Shown here one piece after another: positions 35,201 to 40,594 of a DNA stretch of 64,000 bases; the first letter of the stretch is position 1; each line of letters opens with the position of its first letter. Both the position numbers and the translations under genes were made by a program. The stretch lies in contig OU015566.1 of assembly GCA_907165135.1 (NCBI GenBank), positions 11,036,001 to 11,100,000 on the forward strand, written 5' to 3'. Origin of the DNA: Oikopleura dioica. Lineage: Eukaryota; Animalia; Chordata. Below the pieces are notes generated by a model, which did not search any database, had not been told where the DNA came from, and was given only the letters and a program-made list of their open reading frames with translations.

Positions 35201-38200
35201 TGATTGCTAATGGTATAATTTTTGAGTTCTTTCTTCTTCCACGTTAGCCGGATGTCTTGGTCAAATAGCAAATCACACACTTCCCCTTCCTTATCAATTC
35301 GTGTTTCGATAAGGCAATCATTAGTCCGAATTGACTACTGAATCCAGCTCATCGTTGGCGTGAGCTGTCACGTGATTGAGCAGGAAATCTCTGACAAAAA
35401 GACGGAAGCAGTTGGAGGCAGAGCTGCAGGTACTCGGTTCACGCAAGCAGTAATCACCGCCACTAACTGAGTCAGAAATGCGATAAGAACCGAACTGATA
35501 AGTCGCGGAAAGCACAGCACGACGCCCAGCTCAAGCAAGAATGGGACAGGAAAACGGGCCCACAGAAGAGAAAGCAACTATTGCTAAGCATTTCTTTACC
35601 CCTGTTGAAAAAGACTACGGGAAGAAAAGGAACGCGTGCAAAAATTGAGCCAACAACGAAGTCAACACCAACAAAGACATCATTATCAAATCGCCACCAG
35701 TTCCGAGGACGATTATTCGCCCAGGCTAAAACAGTAAATAGCACTTTTGGTCGACACGCCGCTTTCCCAAGAAAACTACTAACCCACACTCTCTTGAACA
35801 CCATTTGTCTACCCTAAAATTGCTGACCAAAAGTTCTAGTCGGAGTACAGGAAATCCAGATGCAATCAGAAGTCACAATTATCTACCTCGAACTGATATG
35901 AAAAAATTAGAGCGAATCTTCGACATTTTTCGTGAGTCCGATATTTTTTAATGGGTTTGATTCTTTTTTAGCCGATCTTCTGGGAGCTGGAAATTTCGCT
36001 GACGTACGGCGCGCAATAAACAGAGAAAGCGGCCAAGAACAGGCGCTGAAATTTATCAAGAAATCCAAAGTCCAAGATAGGCTTCACGTTGACAACGAGA
36101 TCGGCATTATGCAGCGGTATGTTCGGCAGAATTCAAGCGCTCGGCATTTTTTTTCTTTGCAGAAAACAATTTCTAAACTAGCGTGTTTCTAAAAATTCAG
36201 TAGCTTGGAATTCTTTCTTGTTATAAAATTGGAGTACGTATGAAAACCATAAATTGACCGGAGCGGGGCCATAATGATGGGCTTGTCTTATCTCTGCGAA
36301 ATTCTTTCAATCTCACGGAGTTTTAGGTGCAATCATCAAAATATTATACGACTTTATCAATTCTTTGAACTTCCCAAGGAAAGGTTCAAAATTCGAAATA
36401 GACGACTAATAAGCTCCGATTCTTTATTATTAAAGAATAATATGGACCCGACTGTAAGTCTTTCTGCCTGGTCCTTGAGTACGTGAATGGCGGCGATTTA
36501 TTTGATGCAATTCGAGAAGCGGTAAGTGCCTTTTCTCAGGATTACGGAAAATGAACTTGGCTCCACTGGTGACTTTTTGGGAGAAGAAGTGATTCAGAAG
36601 TCTAGTGTTTTGCGTTCAGAAGCGGTTCACGGAGGTCGACGCGGGGAAGATAATCAAAGATGTGGTCGCTGCTCTGGTTTTTCTACACGACCGTCAGTAA
36701 ACGATTCCCAAATACATACATTTTTAAAAGAGAATGCGTTAACTTTTGAATAATTTGGACATTGGGTCTGCATTAGAGAATTCATTTCTAAGCATTTAAG
36801 TTTCGCTTCCTTGTTGGCGCATATCTGACGGTCATCGAGCAAAAATAATTGTGCGGGTTTGAGAGATTTATTTGGAATCCTAGAGTTAGATCGCGCATCG
36901 CGACATAAAGCCGGAGAATGTCCTCATTCAGAAGAATGCCTCGCTACATAATGTTTCTTATATCCACATGGCCAAGGTATGTTACGCACTAGCGGACATT
37001 ACGTAAGCATACAGATACAGAAATTACCTGAAAAATACAGGAAGCGAAAAAATAAAGTTCAAAATTTTCTTCCATTCAAAAAGAAGGAGGCTTTTCTTGC
37101 ACCTCCGGTCGATGACATTTCCGAAAATATTTTGACAAGAGTAACGTCGCCGCGCAAAAAGGTTGATCAAAATTCCAAAGCATCATTTTTCTAAAAAAAA
37201 GATTAATTCAAATTTTATACGAAGCCGAATAACGTGAATTAAAATCAACCAAAAGAGGGTGTGATAATCGATCTTTTCGATGGCTATCCCCTTAAAAATT
37301 TTTCTAGCTTGCTGATTTCGGAATGGCGACGACTGTGGCCGGTCCATTGACAGAAATGTGCTCGACTCCGACATACGTGGCACCGGAAGTGCTCTCCCGT
37401 TCGGGCTACACTTACCAGGAAAGGGTGAGAATTGAAAAGGACGCTTGATAAATTATCGGACATCTCGTGGCGATGAGATACGTCCCCCGGAAAGTTCATT
37501 TCCTCGAGGAGACAACACAGCTCTCTCTGAGGGCGGATTAACTCGTCCATTTTGCGGTCAAGATGATCTCCGCTAAACTCACCTCAAAATTAAGATTGAT
37601 CTTTGGAGTCTCGGCGTTATCACTTATATTCTGCTTTCAGGTGCGTTTTCCTCAAAATTCGCTCTCCATGCATTTTTAACTTTGATAATTAAGGCTCTCC
37701 CCCATTCCGTGCAGAAACAAAGGACGCCAGCTACAATTTGATCCAGCAGGGACAGGCAAGGCTTACCAAAATTCTCCGAAATCGACACCGATCTCGGTTC
37801 ATGGCGGCTTTACTCTCAGCGCTCGCGCTGGGCAGCAGACACAACAAATCTATCAAAACAAACGTTTTAGACAATAATTTTCGCTTCTTTGTTGCCATTT
37901 GAACATTCAGCTGGCTCTTTCGCGGTGCGAATTAGTGGTGTAACGTGAAAGACAGCAGCTGATTTTCGTGGAACTCGGAATGAAGATTTCAAAATTCATC
38001 CTTTATTTCAAATCTGGCAACACGTGACTTTGAAAAATCGAAATTATTTCACGGAAAACGAGCTGGAAAGCGTAAATAATCGAACACGTCGTTTTCAAAA
38101 TTTCCCCAGTTCAGCGCAATATGTTTTTTTATGAAGTAGCAGCCCGTGTCGAACATCAGATAACGTTGAAATTTTGGTCAGCTAGTGCTAGTTTACGTTT

Positions 38201-38829
38201 ACGGCGTCGCATTGGAATAACATTACGCGCGCTGCCAAGGTCTGCGTTTCTACCAGCATATAAGCTCATGGACTCATAATATAGTGTTATGACGAAGATT
38301 ACTAGATTTGACTTCACTCAGGTTAATTTTAGAAAGAAAAAATGACAATGTTTTTTCAGAAAGTTTCATTTTCTTATTTTTTGGAAAAAAAGCATAAAAT
38401 TCGAAGAAAAAAGTCAGATCGGTCGAAATTTTTTATCAGTTGCATAATAATTCAAATATTATTTCTATCCGACTCCCTTGGCCGCGATAAAAAAGGGTTT
38501 GATGTTCGAAGAGCATAAAAAACGTCGTGATACTGTCAGCTCCTCGTCATGGACCTTGCTTTAGAATTGATTGAATATTAAACAGGGCGGCAACTGAGTT
38601 AGAATAACAGTAACAGTCGCAGTGTAATAACGTAGTGAAAGCACTTCATCTCCTCGCTGCTCGTCGTGGATCAGAATGCTAGACAGACCGCACGATCAGC
38701 GTCAGGGTTTGTTAAAATTTGGCTTTCTTCAACAAGACTAACAACACTTTTACTAGCCATCCCTGGCTGCAGATGAACACAAAGGAAAACTTGCCAGACC
38801 TCTACCGACAGGACTCGGTTCATTCTTGA
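5207..38829 (+). CDS. DCLK3: Doublecortin-like kinase, DCLK3 type (single DCX domain, coiled-coil linker, CAMK-family kinase), multi-exon, split by a ~27 kb intron
   Basis: DCX exons at 5.47-5.69 kb and 6.52-6.73 kb: [64 protein letters not shown], matching the DCLK3 DCX domain as I recall it. Kinase exons at 35.98-38.83 kb: [83 protein letters not shown]. Exon boundaries only partly resolved. Confidence 0.8.
9326..10022 (-). CDS. 204-aa protein: C2H2/UBZ-like finger, basic linker, two SUMO-interacting motifs, C-terminal RING-variant (3 exons)
   Basis: Exons 10022-9906, 9866-9632 and 9588-9326 join in frame (615 nt) through GT-AG introns of 39 and 43 bp. Motifs: [61 protein letters not shown]. 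Confidence 0.75.
10600..12960 (-). CDS. One or more spliced orphan genes (coiled-coil segment, CxxC motif); exon structure unresolved
   Basis: Open minus-strand segments (e.g. [36 protein letters not shown]; ECFNCSVEF; 11079-11270) separated by short GT..AG stretches. Confidence 0.35.
13283..13766 (-). CDS. 132-aa protein with N-terminal C2HC (UBZ4-spaced) zinc finger (3 exons)
   Basis: Exons 13766-13695, 13659-13480 and 13429-13283 join in phase 0: [30 protein letters not shown]... (C-x2-C-x11-H-x3-C). Confidence 0.55.
13826..14100. repeat. Tandem array, ~9 copies of a 29-30 bp unit (CCGATCCsAAAAATACCTcAGAAATg)
   Basis: Units counted directly. Same unit and orientation as the 27.1-27.6 kb array. 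Confidence 0.9.
14518..15063 (-). CDS. Polinton-associated protein resembling the extreme N-terminal domain of group-2 pPolBs, here a separate gene
   Basis: ORF from MPFYPSER at 15063. [36 protein letters not shown] resembles, from memory, the FKINxSFGFIL..RYxY..PxLI..FL..VTFYVNKL segment of Polinton pPolBs. Confidence 0.55.
   Translation of the reverse strand: MPFYPSERADLEALRKEYGGSYLPLEEEELDYFRQSERVGQLHNRLIIPPPKPGRVVETAHLRLLINKDFDLNNLIEDIFDVMSPVFRIKIDFGFLMENILTEDPDSRYRFHWPQISTGLPIEPHLIKNKSTKKEFLENIPNWSDIPKLVEIQHENQSSFRKSGYNLTKLLTCSVYVTKMK
15127..19059 (-). CDS. pPolB: Protein-primed family B DNA polymerase, 1232 aa, 7 exons
   Basis: Exons 19059-18192, 18149-17874, 17835-17191, 17152-16928, 16888-15701, 15661-15494 and 15455-15127 sum to 3699 nt in frame. 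Exo I TFDIET, Exo II FNSAKFD, Exo III HYNLAD; Pol A DFNALY, Pol [12 protein letters not shown], Pol C YCDTDS, C-terminal STKGV. Confidence 0.93.
19225..19704 (-). CDS. Orphan protein, family B paralog 1 (159 aa)
   Basis: Intact ORF that aligns by eye with 20710-21213 (PWL..Y.GY..V....G..QL..F..G......M...IGSD). Confidence 0.75.
   Translation of the reverse strand: MDSDSDLEVEQPGNDQPDLDFRMETARTHPIPQLRFFLELIYTAAETQPWLTSYKGYFCVKNDDGVLQLVRFRLGALHPYTMDVVIGSDEFNDLDGRLCTRIAQQENFTLAVVDSAVLLVDRTPRRRSRLRRQGYELAVSIQTGYPVFMLVSFYSVEIQ
19909..20513 (+). CDS. 187-aa protein: N-terminal CxxC/CxxC zinc ribbon plus C3HC4 RING finger (2 exons)
   Basis: Intron 20320-20360 (41 bp GT-AG) joins [11 protein letters not shown]|[18 protein letters not shown] into a canonical RING. 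Confidence 0.8.
20710..21213 (+). CDS. Orphan protein, family B paralog 2 (167 aa)
   Basis: Intact ORF, paralogous to 19225-19704. Confidence 0.75.
   Translation: MEINNQNELAPSYDDVLNEEYEAQQRENEFALFQIPGLKRKMKKFARKSVTVPWLYDYRGYIIVGRSENGTVQLLQFLEGLQNSRMMTATIGSDADIDISGTPVFAMGSLPDARQMNIVSVDDFIAITDDRLFQTMELENQGTQLAIKMDDDGELHYHMVRIYSITL
21373..22390 (-). CDS. Probable single-pass membrane protein with Ser/Thr-rich disordered tail (spliced; 5' model uncertain)
   Basis: The hydrophobic exon [19 protein letters not shown] joins through two phase-1 GT-AG introns to the 21373-21846 ORF, which contains PIDLS. Confidence 0.45.
22766..23778 (-). CDS. Orphan gene(s), probably spliced
   Basis: ORFs 23356-23778 and 22766-23032, plus an open charged segment at 23130-23330. 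Confidence 0.35.
24128..24592 (+). CDS. 126-aa acidic helical protein with an internal tandem repeat (3 exons)
   Basis: Two 42-bp phase-1 introns (24231-24272, 24390-24431) at equivalent positions: IK|[16 protein letters not shown] and IK|[15 protein letters not shown]. Confidence 0.6.
24897..25142 (-). CDS. 81-aa small membrane protein (TM followed by polybasic tail)
   Basis: ORF with [18 protein letters not shown] followed by [12 protein letters not shown]; AATAAA lies downstream. Confidence 0.55.
   Translation of the reverse strand: MNRSAPVSDEFTFLDLICKIKEEIIRQNKAATTLVVLALAGYCWMVIKIWKMKAKKKSTAKRASIVVTDSDPALSPQDSWV
25325..26875 (-). CDS. 447-aa acidic disordered protein with duplicated TPxK + KRKLF module and a SIM (6 exons)
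   Basis: Exons 26875-26728, 26684-26514, 26471-26349, 26307-25792, 25750-25700 and 25659-25325 sum to 1344 nt in frame. Five 40-43 bp phase-1 GT-AG introns. Confidence 0.8.
26219..26548. repeat. Tandem duplication (~164 bp unit) of an exon plus intron
   Basis: Two near-identical copies, each containing the GTAAAATTT...TTTTTTAG intron and a KRKLFETDE coding segment. Confidence 0.85.
27133..27625. repeat. Tandem array, ~17 copies of the 29-30 bp unit
   Basis: Counted from the recurring CGATCC core. Starts TAGAAACTGGTCCGATCCCAAAAATACC exactly like the 13.8 kb array. Confidence 0.9.
27869..28375 (-). CDS. Orphan protein, family A paralog 1 (168 aa; C-terminal CPVC)
   Basis: Intact ORF. N-terminal [31 protein letters not shown] is shared with the next two ORFs. 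Confidence 0.75.
   Translation of the reverse strand: MIVTIKDFDFHTANKGGVFYIDATVISNADKFFPDGFSGEEIELRLPIRAKHELEVEFLHLLEFRHTKKELLVEIEREALQTLSEQIRNEPKAYIFRYASPFQPEKEPSHDCPVCGQENVFKSTSILGWNLGTTPDDDVITQSEQTGTIYIDGDNQVVAPPPRSGTSA
28660..29091 (-). CDS. Orphan protein, family A paralog 2 (143 aa; C-terminal CSNC)
   Basis: Intact ORF: [31 protein letters not shown]. Confidence 0.75.
   Translation of the reverse strand: MFRCIEVSSADYMVQIEAFDFEHKGCGGVFYIDAMCMPLIDVHFPGGFPAAELDLRITVSTKQEVETEFLQLLEFRHSKKPVPIILLEKVVTSEGKKSEAIYGCWTFKYNFPMQLEQTSPEDCSNCGSPIFKLKEWKVTKYNH
29318..30366 (-). pseudogene. Family A paralog 3 with (Q-P/S-T/S-P-I)n repeats, interrupted near its 3' end by a MITE
   Basis: ORF 30366 onward. 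Removing 29377-29836 plus one TSD restores the repeat register and the original end ..[15 protein letters not shown] at 29318. The interrupted allele may still make a protein with an altered C-terminus. Confidence 0.65.
29377..29836. mobile_element. 460-bp non-autonomous DNA transposon (MITE), CAGGG termini, 7-bp TSD
   Basis: TIR CAGGGTGGCTATTTTGGA / TCCAAAATAGCCACCCTG; GGAGTTG on both flanks (29370-29376, 29837-29843). Confidence 0.85.
30468..31776 (-). CDS. MCP: Major capsid protein (double jelly-roll, Maverick/Polinton type), 407 aa, 3 exons
   Basis: Exons 31776-31523, 31480-30802 and 30758-30468 give 1224 nt in frame, with 42- and 43-bp GT-AG introns (the first has a GCTAAC branch site). 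Size, beta-rich pattern ([20 protein letters not shown]; TPAYMFFGL; INVTLNG..YP) and position after the protease support the call. Confidence 0.8.
31827..32246 (-). CDS. Adenain-like cysteine protease (maturation protease), 139 aa
   Basis: FLGVF..LP, VVNL....GSHWIAL, EIFDSL, IQS..S.YCGFY (His/Asp/Gln/Cys set). The ATG overlaps the upstream stop (ATGA). Confidence 0.9.
   Translation of the reverse strand: MNSYYIAKRLERVENFLGVFSIDTLPSLNEYPAFLVVNLSPEKSKGSHWIALRIEKSKIEIFDSLKLGKYPKELTDFFGDRKRYFYKRIQSDASFYCGFYVCFYVIFRSLYSLKKLSSIFSKNLSENDQLLFDKLSHIW
32243..32458 (-). CDS. 71-aa Lys/Arg-rich putative core (DNA-condensing) protein
   Basis: Very basic; QSGAG motif precedes the basic tract. Lies between the candidate mCP and the protease with ATGA overlaps on both sides. 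Confidence 0.6.
   Translation of the reverse strand: MKTIISALESRPKKWFPKSQSGAGKRKSKKAPTKLKLTPARKKPSSKPKKKRNFTTKDLKKSKKSSKKKRA
32455..32820 (-). CDS. 121-aa beta-rich protein, candidate minor capsid protein (penton)
   Basis: Intact ORF inside the morphogenetic cluster. Assigned from position and composition only, and shorter than typical pentons. Confidence 0.4.
   Translation of the reverse strand: MILNLFGTRSKELEVPEILFDNNEEYCVQIVSAVCNLMTTPRDVDICFIECNSIASCYGQPNTLMMGQLRPNDRWCHFSDQRSLFFPLNVYNWRDTRFSIDLGEEHVVQHFSLQIEIKTRE
32771..34096 (-). CDS. Retroviral-type (rve) integrase of Polinton type, 441 aa
   Basis: LY...[48 protein letters not shown] (D-D-E), [15 protein letters not shown]3-like C-terminus. 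Confidence 0.93.
   Translation of the reverse strand: MKRKMRRKTRRAKQLNQPESNQRLDATVLPKTRQSRRLKGQDPESGARSQVSTRNQKRKQRSEDDSQPQAKRLRKTTVPRTRNQNQKRISENALQPQANPVPNTSAQTKNQKNRSEEEIQTHPKVQAPKKSALEDQIQALYENVASAPAFSAKVAEFLRKSKVSSTHRRISKKRFPRRRFIVDTQFKIFQGDLIDYQKLKYSNRHHVFILLIIDCFSRYVWTRPLKTKSGKDVANALNDIFQDFLEWPNSLITDEGLEFYNSNVRKILDRYGMHHYSIKSKMKAAIAERAIQTFRKRIHLFMKTKKTKTWIDVLPAITKGYNSTPHRSIGMAPNQVSPKNRAQVFTRLYPDIDLKVKPRLKVGNVVRVKKKKELFEKGYTQNWSDEVYIITDIRQRAGIVWYKIADEEGNRQPRIKYYFELNLVANDIESFRNKKQGTRSS
33612..34835 (-). CDS. A32/FtsK-HerA-family genome packaging ATPase with long Ser/Lys/Glu-rich tail, 407 aa
   Basis: Walker A GSSGAGKT, Walker [25 protein letters not shown]. First ATG at 34835. Confidence 0.92.
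   Translation of the reverse strand: MSTIINGEILPDMRFAYPYRILLSGSSGAGKTYLAKQVLQHRDIFQKKTKRVVYFYPCFLEDKPVQWDDLGIPVSYRVGLPSQEEIDEIPSHSTIVLDDLYEEAIQSQAIDHLFRVTSGKKNLNVMIMTQNNYAQGKFGRNIKLNCNATFLCRNCLDGTVNKRACSQAGLLKAYKRATEENKNKQYPYMFLDQSPRGHASSYRLYTDIFSDYPVVFSVSGMKACIVPYNDFKQNFDIIDRDNTFEAVEKKDAKKNPPCKTVESTRVKSKIRCDSFTEDSSESEVERSRSRKRSKKSSVDKKSKKKTKKRRRQSTSSEASSEDDSSENEKSKSKKNKRKRSSTSSESSTEYVSSDEKSKKSKRRRNSNSSESPSSEEVSSGGSDSSPLRKRGKRSSVLSESSGISQEE
35016..35171 (-). promoter_or_regulatory. Putative promoter/terminal cis-element upstream of the ATPase (CCGGAA palindromes, CCAAT)
   Basis: TTCCGGTCCGGAA and TTCCGGACCGGAA palindromes plus CCAATC; inverted homology to 8873-9038. Confidence 0.4.
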
Positions 38830-40594
38830 GGTTGACCTTGACTATTTCCCACAAGGCTAGACTAGAATTTCTAGTGCTTCCAAAATGAACCGAAGGATTA
38901 GGTTACAGAAAATTTAAAAACATACAGCAGCAACCAATACCAATGAACAAACAAATAAATTAGAATGATCAATTCAAAACTTATTTTATTTGCATCAAAT
39001 TTGACAAAAAAGACGAAGTTTACTATAATTAAGAATTTGCTGAAGAAGTGAGGTCGATTATTCTAGAGTTCACATTGTTCTGACGCCTCACACTGGTGAT
39101 TTTATTTGGTGTTGATTTACGAATGGGTACTTTTTTCTGAGATCGAATTATCTTAGGAAAGGTCGGTTTCTTGCTACTTGCGGATCTCATTCTACAAAAA
39201 ATCGAAGTGAAAATTCTGAAGAACAAACGGAGTTGTGAAAGAGTATAGAAGTATCTGAGTCTTTCTGATTTTCCCAATTTATTGAAAGTTGATGCAATGT
39301 TTTCAATATTCTGCCCGTACTCGTACTGCATACTGTGATATACTGGATTCAGTGTTCATTTAAAAGTTCCTTGTTTTTTCAAAGTTCATGGTAGTCAGTT
39401 CAGTTAATATTCTGTCTTCACCATCATGTATTTATAGACCTGGTAGATTCAGTCTTCATTGTTCCTTGCTTTCGCCTTGTACTTTTTTCCAGAGTAGCTT
39501 CAGTTTCCAGTATTACCTCAAGATTAAAACTTATCGTTCATAGAACAATCTAGTATTACCTTTTAAGTTCCTTTCAGTTTAAAATTTCCGTTTCCGATAA
39601 CCTGGTTCCGTTTGTACCGTTTTTCCTTAGTTCAGCAAATTATTCCTTTTTTTTTACTCTTTTATCCGCCCTCCCTCCTCAGATTATTTGAGTCAGGAGC
39701 TTGGATTTTATGCCCAAATACAAAGAGACAGTCTGTTATCTTAGCACCCGGCATGTCAATTAACAGTATTGAGGCACTACTTGCATCTAAGCACTTAATT
39801 TTAATCTAAACCGGCTGCTATAATCATCTGTTCTGGTATTTACATAAATACCCCGCCGTTCTGTAATTCGCATAAAATCAAACAAGCAAGAAAAACGGAA
39901 GCGGAAGAAGCCGTCGTTAGCTCCAGGAAGTTAAAGGCTTTTATAATGCGTTTAAATTTAAAGCTAAGGTCCAGCGCGCTCCAATTTCCGGAAATGGAGA
40001 GCGCTCGTAAAATCGGAACTAGGCATCAAACGCGGCGCAAAACTGCTCAAATACTCGTCAGCCTGTCTAATCTCTCGCCAAGGTCGACACCATCTGCTTC
40101 TGGAGCCACTTGAAAAAGTTCAGCCAAAAATTCAAGAATTCAAGCAGCAATGTGAAGGTCTCCTCTTCGCCGACAGTTTTTGGACAAGTGGCGGAAATCC
40201 ACGCTTCCGAAGAGCAGCCAAATGAGGCTGCAATTTTCGCATTTGCCAAGATGACAGTAACTTGCTTATTACCGGATACGAGAAAAACGCAGGAAATAGA
40301 CGCAGAGGAGTTTCAATAATAGATGGACTTAGTTATAATTTCGTCGCTAAATTTGTTCAATTTCGTCGATTATCCTCTCAAAAATTGTCAAATACTATGT
40401 TAGACGCAGAGGTCAAGAATAGTCTGAGAGACCGTAAATATAATATTTTTATTCTGAGTTTCACTTTATGTATTTTAACAGAAATGATCGCCAATCGAAA
40501 TGTGTTAACGGTACTTGATCGTAAGGTCGGCATCAAAGGTCTTTACGAAGAAAAATAGGAACATGTGAATGAAAACAGGGAACTACTCAAAAAG

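Larger units (their letters stand above)
8873..35339 (-). mobile_element. Maverick/Polinton-type endogenous dsDNA virus (integrase-encoding); boundaries approximate
   Basis: Co-located pPolB, A32/FtsK-like ATPase, rve integrase, adenain-like protease and capsid genes. Diverged inverted homology blocks at 8873-9038 and 35057-35171, and ACTACT at 35334-35339. No perfect TIR or TSD found. Confidence 0.85.

Noticed and set aside
35334-35345. ACTACT|GAATCC as the exact Polinton right end with a 6-bp TSD
   Set aside because: No matching GAATCC-AGTAGT or long TIR was found on the left side (8087-8870), so I use it only as an approximate boundary.
36690-36889. Novel TA-AG intron in the kinase (LHDRQ|IAHRD needs a donor at CAG|TAAAC)
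   Set aside because: One extra G would give a canonical CAG|GTAAAC. A single-base assembly error or allele-specific deletion is more parsimonious; check raw reads.
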